Below, piece by piece: positions 54,131-64,000 of a stretch of DNA of 64,000 bases (its first letter is position 1; the number at the start of each line of letters is the position of its first letter). The stretch comes from an uncultured Nitrososphaeraceae archaeon. GTDB lineage: Archaea > Thermoproteota > Nitrososphaeria > Nitrososphaerales > Nitrososphaeraceae. The stretch covers positions 1 through 64,000 of the forward strand of contig CAVXZB010000084.1 of assembly GCA_963765895.1 (NCBI GenBank), in the 5' to 3' direction. The notes beneath the pieces are model-generated. The model did no database searches. It was given only the letters and a program-made list of their open reading frames with translations, and had not been told where the DNA came from. The translations under genes were made by a program, and so were the position numbers.

Positions 54131-54313
54131 GATTGTTATATGCAATATACTATTAGGGAAGGTTGTGTTTATACATTTTGTAAAAGGAATGCAATATGTT
54201 GAGTATCGACATGATATAACTCTCTCAGGATCCTTGCATGTTGATAGCGGCTGTATCCTTCTAATATGTTAATGATTAGAGCAATTGAAAATGGTGTCCA
54301 TCTAGCGCAGTTA

Positions 54314-54798
54314 TTAAATTTCAATACTATTTACTTTTGCAAATGTAATGTTATGAGATCTAAATACTCCTTTCATTCTCTTGATGAGTCCGATAGCAAT
54401 ATCTTGGTTAGGACCAGTTACGATACACATTTGTGAATTACGATAAGTATTATCTTTCAAGCATAACCAAATCATTAATCTAATGAAGAATTCTGTATCA
54501 CCAAGGCCAGTGGCCATTTTAACTCATAGGTGCTTATGCTTATCATGATGTAATGAATTATTTGTATCTGGAATAAGCAGGTTATCCTACAACGACTTTT
54601 CATAATCAAATATTGGTTTTTCAATTGTCACTTTATATGGTAACCGATGATATGCCTAAAGCAGCAATCTCCATTAGTCCAACATCCTCATGCTTGTGTT
54701 CTTCAATACTCCATATCCAGAAGGGTTTGCCTTGTAGCCTTAAATATCTACGTGTATTTTCTTTTTGCTGCTGCGAAAGTAGCTTTTGTAGGTCTTTG
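54314..54798 (-). pseudogene. Terminase large subunit N-terminal (ATPase) fragment
   Basis: LQGKPFWIW...HKHL..K.ATGLGDTEFFIRLMIWLCL...MCIVTGPNQDIA, frameshifted and truncated. Confidence 0.65.
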
Positions 54799-55458
54799 TC
54801 ATGGTCCATTCCATGTATTTTCTGAGAAACTGCCATAAGTTCCTTCATAGCGAAAGCTAAGGTAACCATCACCCGCAATAAGTTTCTTCATAGATGCCTG
54901 TTCCATTCTGCTTGATTCAAAGGCTTCAGCTATCTCTATAATGGCTCTATGTATTTTGCCTGTTACTGGATTTCTTATAGGTTCAAGCCGTGCTTCTGCA
55001 ATATTTTTTCCTACTTTTACATAACTCCTAATACCACGTGATTGGAACTTTACACTTGCTCTCTTTGGTTCTTGAAAATCTTCTATAGTGCTTGCATATA
55101 GTGCAAAAGGCCCTCCGCCAGCTTTACCTGTAATGATATTTGATAGGGCCTCAAATTGTTCTTCATTTGTTCTACTGTCTATATAGTAGGATGCTTTTCC
55201 ACGACCTTCATGGATAGGACCCGGCCAAGAAGCAATCAATGCCATATTAAACCCATCTAATTTAACTCTCTTACCATTTTCATAACTACCATTTTGTATA
55301 TGGTAACCAGCAACGCCTTCACAATTACCATGAGTAGGTTTAGCGTTAAACTGACAAGGACATCCCCAATCACAATTACACGCATCCAGAAAATAGGCAT
55401 GTATTTCCCATTTTGGTTGTTTTGTTGATACCTTCTTCTTTTGTCGCTTTAGATTCAA
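54799..55458 (-). CDS. DUF1326 family putative metal-binding protein
   Basis: ACNCDWGCPC...PTHGNCEG, WPGPIHEG and GKAGG signatures. Confidence 0.85.
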   Translation of the reverse strand: MNLKRQKKKVSTKQPKWEIHAYFLDACNCDWGCPCQFNAKPTHGNCEGVAGYHIQNGSYENGKRVKLDGFNMALIASWPGPIHEGRGKASYYIDSRTNEEQFEALSNIITGKAGGGPFALYASTIEDFQEPKRASVKFQSRGIRSYVKVGKNIAEARLEPIRNPVTGKIHRAIIEIAEAFESSRMEQASMKKLIAGDGYLSFRYEGTYGSFSENTWNGP

Positions 55459-55681
55459 TATATGCTGACTGACTGCAATAAGTGGAGTTTCTATATATGT
55501 ATAACCTTTATCTCAAACTTGTTTTGTTCTCGCTTCTGCTATTGCTAGAATACTGTTTGTCTCCTCGTAGTTAGGCGACCATCATCTATGTTGTTGTCAT
55601 TGCCAGTTGCGTTCAAAGGTAGTCTCTTGTTTTGTTGTTGCTTGCTTGCCTGCTTGCCTCTTATGTAATTCAAGGCGCTTT

Positions 55682-56170
55682 CTATGTTGTAGCATAGGAA
55701 ATTAACTCTAGCTTTACTAAATAAGTATCCTTGAATAGCTCACTTGTCTGCAGCTTTTCCCTATTGTCATCTGAGGTTTCTACTATTTCAAATGCATGCT
55801 TGACTATTTCGTCTAACGCTGTAAGACATATCTGGTATTGCTCAGGTAAGTGTTCTGTAACATATTCATTAACGGACTCTAGCCTGATTACGCAAATACT
55901 GTACATCAGAAGTGATTGAAGTCCTTGATACTTAACTCGAGCTATTTCTCCATGAGTCATAGCTCTGGCTCTCAACTCTATTACCTTTGAAAGACCTGTA
56001 GTTTGTGTATCAATTGACAGACTTTGTATTTGCTTCTTTGAGAAAAAAAGTGTCAATACCATAGTTCCTACTATTCCAACTGTTTGTGCTATACTCAGCG
56101 TGTCAGAAAATCCTATTATAATACCTTCAACCATTAAGTAGGATCGTAAAAAAATTAATATAATAACCAT
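55682..56170 (-). pseudogene. Chimeric ORF: membrane-protein N-terminus fused to a terminase-small-subunit-like HTH/helical fragment
   Basis: TM segment LSIAQTVGIVGTMVLTLFF followed by SKVIELRARAMTHGEIAR...LPEQYQICL...DNREKLQ...KLEL. Confidence 0.55.
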
Positions 56171-56348
56171 TAGTGACGTAGCGAAGATTATATTGCTATA
56201 CTTATACCATAATCATAATCATCAAAACCCCTTTTTCAGAAAATGTGGTTAGTTATTGCTACTCGAGATAACAATATAAAAATTGTGTGTCTGAAATGAG
56301 CAGACTTAATTTGCTTAGATATATACTCTTGCAGTCTATACTTGACTT

Positions 56349-57455
56349 ATGACTATGAAGCTTTTGATAGCTATGCAAGACTCGGTTCTAACACTTGAAT
56401 CCTCAAAAACAAAAACTAATTGGAAGATACATGAATGCCTAAAAGGAACTCATCCTCAATGCATATCCTTTGATCCTAGTAAACCAAACCGTATGTATTG
56501 TGGCACGTTTGGAAATGGGTTGTGGAAGACAGATGATTACGGAGAAACTTGGGGCAATGTTGGAATCGATAGTATATCTAGTAAAGATGTAACATCAGTT
56601 TCAGTCAGCCACCATAATCTAGAAAGAGCAAAGAACAACAACAATGAAGCGTTCAATACGGTATATGTGGGAACTGAACCTGCTGCATTTTATAGATCCG
56701 ATGGCAGAGCTGAATCTTGGGAGAAAATGATCTCCCTTAATAATTTGAAATCTTCGACATCATGGAGCTTTCCTCCAAGGCCACGGACTTCTCATGTGCG
56801 ATGGATTGAACCAGATAAAACTAAGCCTGGTTACGTCTATGCAGCTATAGAAGCTGGAGCGCTAGTCCAAAGTCATGATGGTGGCAAGACGTGGATAGAT
56901 AAAGTAGAAGGAGGACCATGCGATACTCATACTCTTAGCACTCACAAAAATATGCCTGGATGGTTATATTCTGCCGCAGGCGATGGATATTTTGAAAGCC
57001 ATGATTATGGACAAACCTGGAAAAGATTAGTGGTAGGACTTGGTGATTACGATTATCTAGTTGGTCTAGCAGTTGATTCAGGTGATCCTAAAACTGTTAT
57101 CGTATCTGCCTCCAAAGGGCCATATCAAGCTCATTCCCGTGAAGATCCGGAATCAACGATTTATAGAAAGACTTCATCTACTAAGGATGCTTCTGATGAT
57201 GATAATAATAACAGTAATGATGATAGGTGGAAGGCTGTATCGAATGGCCTTCCTGAACCACGTGGAATAATCATATCAATTCTTGCGGCAAATCCAAAGG
57301 TTTCAGGAGAGTTCTACGCTGTCAATAATCGTGGCATATTCTGTTCTACTGATTCAGGTATTTCATGGAAGATGCTTAATGAAGGTATTGAATGGCCCAA
57401 GGAGTATCTTACACAACATCCTTTTGCTCTAGCAGTTATCGACATAAATAGCTGA
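56349..57455 (+). CDS. BNR/Asp-box beta-propeller protein (glycosyl hydrolase-like)
   Basis: Asp boxes TDDYGETW, SHDGGKTW, SHDYGQTW and STDSGISW; also GTEPA and WSFPPRP. Confidence 0.88.
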   Translation: MTMKLLIAMQDSVLTLESSKTKTNWKIHECLKGTHPQCISFDPSKPNRMYCGTFGNGLWKTDDYGETWGNVGIDSISSKDVTSVSVSHHNLERAKNNNNEAFNTVYVGTEPAAFYRSDGRAESWEKMISLNNLKSSTSWSFPPRPRTSHVRWIEPDKTKPGYVYAAIEAGALVQSHDGGKTWIDKVEGGPCDTHTLSTHKNMPGWLYSAAGDGYFESHDYGQTWKRLVVGLGDYDYLVGLAVDSGDPKTVIVSASKGPYQAHSREDPESTIYRKTSSTKDASDDDNNNSNDDRWKAVSNGLPEPRGIIISILAANPKVSGEFYAVNNRGIFCSTDSGISWKMLNEGIEWPKEYLTQHPFALAVIDINS

Positions 57456-57717
57456 CTGGGGGCAGCTGAGCTAGCCAAGATAATGTCAAATGCTTACTCC
57501 GATTAATTAATATTTTTATGTATTGAATATGAAAGATTTAAACCATATTGCCGCACCATTCCAATTCAATATTCAGATGAGCTTTTATGAGGTTTCATGA
57601 TATGAATACTAAAAGTAATTATTGATATAATTATTTGTATTCAATACAAGAATTGGGACTTTGGGTCATAAAGGTGAACCAAATAAAAAAGTCAAACAAA
57701 AGTTCTTAGAGTGTACT

Positions 57718-58347
57718 TCACATATAGTCCCTAGTCCCTCTTCTCCATTTCCAAGTGATTGATATATTTGCCGACGATATATCAGAGCTTGTCAAATTTC
57801 TATATGCCAAGAAACCGAAAATTGTAAGATTGTTAGATTTACCTGAACCATTTCCACCAACAAAGAACAGATAGTGAGTCAATCCTATCTTGTCTTGAAA
57901 ATATGTAAAAAATAGTATCAGCTGTGCATATAGAAATGTGGAAATCGTCAACATCAACATATTTCTTCCATATTGACTTCGCCCTTTTGTATAGCGTCAA
58001 GTGTTTCGTTCCTAGCTATTTCAACTAATCGATCAAATTCCTCTTTTGATTTGAGGGTGTATGATTTATTAATATATGACCTAGCATCAGGAGGTTTGAT
58101 CAATCCATCAGAATTTGTATCCAGCGATATAGATTCGTGCAATATAATTGATACTCCACCTAGATTGCCAAATTGCCCAGATATAATTACAGCAAAATAG
58201 GGTTTATTGCCTATAATTATTGCCTCAGCTGAGTACTCCTCCGTTTGCATATCTCTGAACAAATTCTACCTTGCCAGCGTTTTTCTTTCCAGCTTTACCG
58301 TTATGATTGTTACTGTTATAGTTACTAGTTGTTCCTTCTAATGTCAT
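57718..58347 (-). pseudogene. P-loop primase/helicase fragment of a mobile element
   Basis: THYLFFVGGNGSGKSN (Walker A), split over ORFs 57954-58262 and 57718-57960. Confidence 0.65.
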
Positions 58348-58373
58348 TATGGATCAAACCTCCCTGTAACTTT

Positions 58374-58720
58374 TTACAAAAGAGATAATTCTAACTCTTC
58401 TTTCCCATGTTTTCCTCTGAGAATGAAGATAGCTCCTTTAGAGTCCAATTTTATATCTAAATTAGTAAGTCTCAAAAACTCTTCAGGACAAGCGCCACTC
58501 TCATACATACATGTCAAGAATGCCCTCTTTTGAAGTGTAGGAGCATCTTCTATTAGTTGTTTAACTTCCTCTTCTTCAAGAAATTCTGCAATATCAATAT
58601 TCATATCCTTACTACGTCTTTCTTTGCCTACATTTACTGAGAACCATTTAACTTACTCTGGATAGTATTCGTTATTTCCGTATGAGATCTTGTAGAAAAA
58701 CTTTAGGATTTTTCTAAGTA
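58374..58720 (-). pseudogene. Tyrosine recombinase/integrase fragment
   Basis: FLEEEEVKQLIE...RAFLTCMYESGACPEEFLRL...RGK is the box I region, with the catalytic R replaced by C. Confidence 0.8.
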
Positions 58721-58749
58721 GTGATAACGACAATAAGATGTAGTTACCT

Positions 58750-59409
58750 CTGCAAATTGCAGAAAATATTGGTTATGATGCTAACGATTTGAATTCCATT
58801 CCGCAATCTTCCATTCTTGGTGTAGGCTGTGGTGCTCCTATAAAATTTGCAAATATCCAGGAAGGAGAAGTAGTCATTGATATAGGTTCTGGTGGAGGAA
58901 TTGATGTATTCTTGTCGGCAAATAAAGTCAAACAATGTGGGAAAGTGATTGGTATTGGTATTGATATGACAGACCAAATGTTAGAAAAGGCTGCAGAACA
59001 TGCGAAAGAGAATAGATATACAAATGTGGAATTCAAAAAAGGAGATATAGAAAAAGGGATTCCAGTTAACGATAACGCTGCAGATGTAGTCATCAGCAAT
59101 TGTGTTATTAATCTAACGATAGATAAGGTAGTCGCATTCAAGGAAATTTACAGGATCCTTAGAAGTAATCGTGGGAGAATGGTGATATCAGATCTTGTTA
59201 CAAGTAAGGAAGTCAGCCCAGAATCGACTGATTCGGATAAATGGTGTAGTTGTACAGATGGTGCATTAACAAAAGAACACTATCTTGATAGTATTAGAGA
59301 GGCCAGATTTTCTAATGTAGAAATATTGGAAGAGAAATTGTATATGGATGGCGAGAATGCAGAAGGCAGAAGAATAACTAGTCTGGTGATAAAGGCGATA
59401 AAGGAGTAG
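58750..59409 (+). pseudogene. arsM: Arsenite methyltransferase, N-terminally truncated
   Basis: LGVGCGAP, DIGSGGGID, DVVISNCVINL and W.SC..GAL motifs. The N-terminus abuts the integrase fragment. Confidence 0.8.
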
Positions 59410-59434
59410 CATTTACAAGAGAGAGTTCGAAAGT

Positions 59435-59881
59435 ATGAAATTTTCATTTGGTGTTAATAAATCAAGGACTAAGAGTACAATTCTATTTGTATGTATACAA
59501 AATGCCGGCCGTAGTCAGATAGCTGAAGGATTCTTTAGACACTATGCTCCCGAAGGCTATGAACCGATAAGCGCAGGAACCAGACCAACTTCAGAAATAA
59601 ACCCACTTGCAATACAAACAATGAAAGAAGTCGGAATAGACATTAGCAAATAGAGACCTAAGGACATAGCCGAAGATATGATGAGAAACTCTACCAAGAT
59701 CGTGAACATGGGATGTATGGACAAGGTTTGGTGTCCTGCAACTTTTCTTCACAATCTTAAAGACTGGTGAATAGAAGACCCTAGGTGCAAGCCAATAGAA
59801 AAAGTCAGAGAGATCAGGGATGAGATTGAACAAAGAGTAAAAGAATTGACTGCAAGTCTGAGTATAGACGCAAATCAATAG
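59435..59881 (+). pseudogene. arsC: Arsenate reductase (LMW-PTP family) with two in-frame stops
   Basis: ILFVCIQNAGRSQIAE, SAGT, MGC...CP and W*IEDP. TAG at 59651-59653 and TGA near 59768. Confidence 0.85.
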
Positions 59882-60053
59882 ATCCTTATCTTCATTATCA
59901 ATGGGTTAGACCAGACTGACTTATGGGATGATTAACTGTGCGATTCAGATTGGAACAGAAAACCTTACTTACAAAGATAACTAGCAAACTAACTCCCAAT
60001 CAAAAAAGTTTTTATGCATAGAATAAGATATAGCAATTTCATCTTATACAACT

Positions 60054-60609
60054 ATGGATTTTGATGAAGTTGTAAAAAGGAGAAAGATGATAAGGGAGTA
60101 CCGATTCAGATAGGCAACAAATTCCAGCTCGAATAATTACAAAGCTGATTAGAAACGCCCATAGAGCGCCAAGTGCTGGTCATACACAAGTTCAGGAATT
60201 TATAATAGTAAAAGATGCTTCAACAAAAAAGAAGTTAAGGAAGGCAGCTGTAGATCAAGGGTATGTAGAACAAGCTCCTCTATTAATTGTAGTATGTTCT
60301 AATACTTCTCGCTCAGCAGGTCGTTATGGTAGTCGTGGAAGAGAATTCTATAGCATAATAGATGGTGCATTTGCTTCTATGCTTATTTTGCTTTCAGCTG
60401 TAAATGAAGGAATTGGTGCTTGTTTTGTAGGAGCATTTCAGGACAACAAAGTATCAGAAATACTTGAATTACCAAAGGACGTCAGACCCATAGGTATTAT
60501 CTGTATAGGCTATCCTGCAGAAAAACCTAAAAAGCTTGAAAGAATCGATCTTAAGGCACTAGTTCACTATGAAAAATATGGTCGTGGTGATAATGGAGTA
60601 TTGCAATGA
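60054..60609 (+). pseudogene. Nitroreductase family protein, frameshifted near 60102
   Basis: MDFDEVVKRRKMIREY / APSAGHTQ ... GIGACFVGAF ... IGYP. Confidence 0.85.
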
Positions 60610-60718
60610 ATTTACTTAGGATATCAAATTCAAATGAAGAAAATGCCCTAACTCTGGTGTAATATAGTGTTGGCAGCAGTAAGTAATAGATCCTCGAGAG
60701 ATTGATACTTGTGAACAA

Positions 60719-61267
60719 TTATGCTAAATGACCTTTACATACATTACAAAATCGGATTGCCTTGAAATCAGTATCAGATAATGAATCGCTAAAATGCATA
60801 ACACATTTTATATTTTTGCAATGGCCTAAACCAAAAGAATGTCCTAATTCATGAACTGCTTCCTTAACTAGTCTTTGATAGAAGACAGATTCATTTGGTC
60901 TTAATCCATAGAATTCCTGTCTTAATCTTGAAAGATAAATTGCCGATACACTACCATCTACATACGCTTCTCCGAATACAAAATTCAGCTCATCAGAATA
61001 TGCATCAAAATCACATATAGCAAGCAATCTAGATGATTTAGAGGATGGTTTGAAGATGTTTGAAAGCCATTGTAAAATATCATTTGATTTCCATTGCTTT
61101 CTTTGCTTATCAAATAATTCAACAGGAATTTCCTTTATTGGTGATGCTCTAACAATAGAAGAAGCAGTAAACTCTTCTGAGATAACCTTTTCTAATGAAA
61201 ATAGAACGTCTTCTTTATCTGGCTGAAATAAAACTGGTTGAAGGATGATTTGCATTACTCTTATCAT
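60719..61267 (-). CDS. amzA: Archaemetzincin (peptidase M54)
   Basis: HELGHSFGLGHC...CVM...FCNVC; also LNFVFGEA. Confidence 0.92.
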   Translation of the reverse strand: MIRVMQIILQPVLFQPDKEDVLFSLEKVISEEFTASSIVRASPIKEIPVELFDKQRKQWKSNDILQWLSNIFKPSSKSSRLLAICDFDAYSDELNFVFGEAYVDGSVSAIYLSRLRQEFYGLRPNESVFYQRLVKEAVHELGHSFGLGHCKNIKCVMHFSDSLSDTDFKAIRFCNVCKGHLA

Positions 61268-61462
61268 TAGATTAACATTTGTTTATTTCAGTAATTCCAT
61301 AAAATTTGGATCCATATAATCAGTCAACCATGCTGAATATGAAGCTCGATAAAATGGATAAACTCTATTCCATGCTTCAATTGCAGAAAGAGAGAATATA
61401 TAAAAAAAGTACTGGCGATTAGATCTTCATAAAGCTCTATTTATATTCTTATTCATGTATAG

Positions 61463-61711
61463 TTAATGACTGTAGTTTTTCGTAGCCCACCAATCATTAC
61501 TATATTCGCTTAGTAAATGTTCTATTATATCACGCAAAAGTGCAGATGAAGTGAAACATTCAGATAGTCCGCTTTCAAATAGATATTCAACCAATAAATT
61601 GAATCTATTGTGGAGGTCTACTGATACTTTGGTAGAGATTACTTTATTCTGCCGGCGAACTACACGAGTATTATCATCCCAACATGAATTGTCGAATGTA
61701 GTAGCCAACAA
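61463..61711 (-). CDS. Small hypothetical protein, possibly ribbon-helix-helix
   Basis: KVISTKVSVDLHNRF...SALLRDIIEHLL pattern. Confidence 0.4.
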   Translation of the reverse strand: MLATTFDNSCWDDNTRVVRRQNKVISTKVSVDLHNRFNLLVEYLFESGLSECFTSSALLRDIIEHLLSEYSNDWWATKNYSH

Positions 61712-61772
61712 TAGGTCTACCCAAGATCAAAGCTATAAGTTTTTACTAAATTCGATTTAACATTCGTTTTGT

Positions 61773-62099
61773 TGGTAGACTCACTGAGATACTTCAGTAA
61801 TAGTGTGTAGCGTAATTAGATACTCACTACTCGCTAAGATTATAACGTCTAGATAGACCTGTGCAATCTAATCTGGTACACCAAAGATTAGATGAGATTT
61901 AACAGATTATCATCTGCAACGTGGTACCACACCTCACCTTATGTTTTAACTATGTTCGCTATTGCAAATGTATTAATTTAGATATTGTTGAGACACAATT
62001 AGCGGTCTGCTGGTAGACCAATATGTTGATATTGCATTATACAGGAGTTACGATATTTTGGATTCGGTACCATTAGAGTGACTTTCGCATGCTATACCA
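61773..62099 (+). ncRNA. Candidate structured RNA element
   Basis: Helices CCTGTGCAAT/ATTGCATTATACAGG, ATCTAATCT/AGATTAGAT, GGTCTG/TAGACC and ACTGAG/TTCAGT. Confidence 0.4.
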
Positions 62100-62186
62100 T
62101 CATTTCCTACTGTAAATGAAGTTTGGATAAGCTTACTTGAAAACTATGGATTTTGATACTCATGTAGGAAAGTATTTTTTAGTAGA

Positions 62187-62558
62187 CTATTTACTAGTTA
62201 ATACTGCGTCTCCTCTTTGTTTAGTTCCTATTTCACGTGCATCAGAAACATCCTTGACAAATATCATACCATGTGCCTCGTTTCCAGTATGCTGGCTAAG
62301 ACTTTCTGATACATCATCAACAATCTGATTCGCTGTGGAGTCAGGTACAATTGTCTCAACCTTAATTCGCTTTGCATACTTAGTGGTGATTGTTTTTCCT
62401 GTCATATAGAAGTTTACTATTTCTGGTATAGTGTCTCGTTTTGTTCTACCAGCACCATTTATTTCATAGAATGTTATGCCGCCGACATTATGTTTTCTCA
62501 GAATTTCAGTAACTTGCGCAAGGTCATCTGTAAGAATAAAGATGGATATTTCTTTCAT
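62187..62558 (-). CDS. P-II family nitrogen regulatory protein (GlnB/GlnK-like, divergent)
   Basis: MKEI...VGGITFYEINGAGR...KVETIV...GMIFVKDVSDAREIGTKQRGDA. Confidence 0.88.
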   Translation of the reverse strand: MKEISIFILTDDLAQVTEILRKHNVGGITFYEINGAGRTKRDTIPEIVNFYMTGKTITTKYAKRIKVETIVPDSTANQIVDDVSESLSQHTGNEAHGMIFVKDVSDAREIGTKQRGDAVLTSK

Positions 62559-62701
62559 GTTTAACCATAGTTGTACTCTAAAATAACCCTTTCGTAGTTA
62601 ATCTTTAAAATATTTTATAGCAAAGTCACAAGTTACGGTAATTCCTTGCAAAAAGTGTCTTTTATCTTATTATCTAGCCTTTCTTATCTACATATAAACA
62701 A

Positions 62702-62905
62702 ATGAATAGGTTAACTATGATAGTCGCGGTGATGATAGCAATACTAGGATTAGTAGTAGGATCGCCGGTAGGCAACGTGAATGCAAAGAAACATACACAG
62801 TGTTTCCTAGATGGTCAAGTCGACGGCAAAGGGCCTAAAGCATTTGACGCTGGTAGATTCACACATTGTGGCAAAAACTCAAGATGGTTTTCTAAAGGGC
62901 TGTAG
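62702..62905 (+). CDS. Small secreted protein or fragment
   Basis: Signal peptide MNRLTMIVAVMIAILGLVVG and two Cys. Confidence 0.5.
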   Translation: MNRLTMIVAVMIAILGLVVGSPVGNVNAKKHTQCFLDGQVDGKGPKAFDAGRFTHCGKNSRWFSKGL

Positions 62906-63117
62906 GATTAAAGGTAATGATGTATAAGGATTAAAAAGTACCAATATTAAGTAACATCGGAATATGGCTAATACTAATCTCTTATTATAAGTATTAAGCA
63001 GGCCACATGAGGAGATAAGTGCATCAGACAAATAGTGTAAAACATGAGAAAATACATATCTGATCTTAGAACCATGTTGCAGAAATCGTCAGGAATTCCA
63101 CTCAGAGTTGAATTTGA

Positions 63118-63399
63118 TTGAGTACAATCTTACTATCTGGTAACAAGAAGAAGAAGAAAGAACAAAATCTTATGTTGATACTAATGTTTGTAGGAGTGGT
63201 AGCAATTGCAGTTCTCATCCCGCTAATTAGCGTTGTAGGGCTTTCTACTATGAATGTTAAATCCTCATCTCAATCGAGTTTAGCTGATATATGTAAAGGA
63301 AATGTATTAAAATATGAACAACTAGGCTACTATAAAGGCGGAGCAGCACAATTCAATGCAGTTATGGCTACCTGTGCTTTTGGTAGTAGTAGCATTTGA
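63118..63399 (+). CDS. Small membrane-anchored protein
   Basis: Basic N-terminus, one TM helix and two Cys. Confidence 0.5.
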   Translation: MSTILLSGNKKKKKEQNLMLILMFVGVVAIAVLIPLISVVGLSTMNVKSSSQSSLADICKGNVLKYEQLGYYKGGAAQFNAVMATCAFGSSSI

Positions 63400-63416
63400 T
63401 GATAATCCATAGGAAT

Positions 63417-64000
63417 ATGGGTTTCTCTTTGATTTTACCTTTTACCTCAGTTGCGTTTGTGATGATGATATTTGTGTTAATAATAATAATAATAGTGACC
63501 GGTGCAACACTATATGTCCAAGCAAAATCAAATACAACTCCTACCACCACTGTCCCTCATGTAACTATAGCTTTTGTAGGTAATACTTCCCCCATCGCCG
63601 GTATAGATCATGTATCCGTTGCCGGTATCGCTACCTGTAATGCAGCAAGTAGTAGTATGAATACCGAACAGAAAATAGTAACCGTATACTGGGGCGATGG
63701 AACTAGTAGCCAGTCCAAAATAACTAGAATTTCTTCATCTAGTGATGGTAAATGGGGTCCTTTATACCATAAATATGATTCTATATCTGCCTCTAATTAT
63801 TATACAATGGTTGCTGCATCGGACGTCTTATCATCTTCGTCATCCAATAAAGGAATTGTACAAATAAAGAGTGAACCATACCTTATTAATGTCCAGAAAG
63901 GCCCGATAACAGGATATGCATCTGATTCACTAAGAAATAATATTGGTTTTGTGCCCAAAAATAATGAACTGTTAATTAACCCCATTCAATTAAGCAACAT
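63417..64000 (+). CDS. Secreted or surface protein with a PKD-like domain (runs off the window end)
   Basis: Open frame to the window end: MGFSLILPFTSVAFVMMIFVLIIIII...VTVYWGDGT...HKY. Confidence 0.7.
   Translation, partial: MGFSLILPFTSVAFVMMIFVLIIIIIVTGATLYVQAKSNTTPTTTVPHVTIAFVGNTSPIAGIDHVSVAGIATCNAASSSMNTEQKIVTVYWGDGTSSQSKITRISSSSDGKWGPLYHKYDSISASNYYTMVAASDVLSSSSSNKGIVQIKSEPYLINVQKGPITGYASDSLRNNIGFVPKNNELLINPIQLSN

Noticed and set aside
59651-59770. Pyrrolysine or selenocysteine readthrough of TAG/TGA in arsC
   Set aside because: The stops fall at positions expected to be Gln and Gly (CAG>TAG, GGA>TGA), not catalytic Cys or Lys. Neighbouring genes are also decayed.
1-64000. CRISPR array, tRNA or rRNA genes
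   Set aside because: I saw no regularly spaced 24-40 bp repeats with unique spacers, no tRNA T-loop/D-loop consensus and no rRNA signatures.

Overview
This is an AT-rich archaeal chromosomal window with low coding density. Gene content points to a soil ammonia-oxidising archaeon (Nitrososphaerales): many HisKA/HATPase kinases with AAHELRTPIQPI H-boxes, stand-alone receivers, Cache proteins, a cupredoxin, P-II, archaemetzincin, an M32 carboxypeptidase and a phasin-like protein. It is an accessory, decaying region. It holds two IS5-family copies with clear TIRs and TSDs, relics of integrase and primase-helicase elements, scattered terminase fragments, many frameshifted or truncated genes and several chimeric junctions. 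No rRNA, tRNA or CRISPR array was recognised. The most striking unexplained signal is about ten ORF-less intergenic segments of 100-500+ nt, enriched in GC relative to their flanks, that fold by eye into nested multi-helix structures. They have long-range closing stems, strand-biased G-U pairs and, in one case, a pseudoknot, so they are candidate undescribed large structured ncRNAs. Other notable items are a circularly permuted EXORDIUM/Phi-1-like secreted protein, a NarX/PilJ-type sensor kinase, a His-to-Tyr pseudokinase, an inverted pseudogenised paralog of the first operon and a tandemly amplified DUF6328-like membrane domain. All helices and family assignments were made by eye, with no folding or database searches run.
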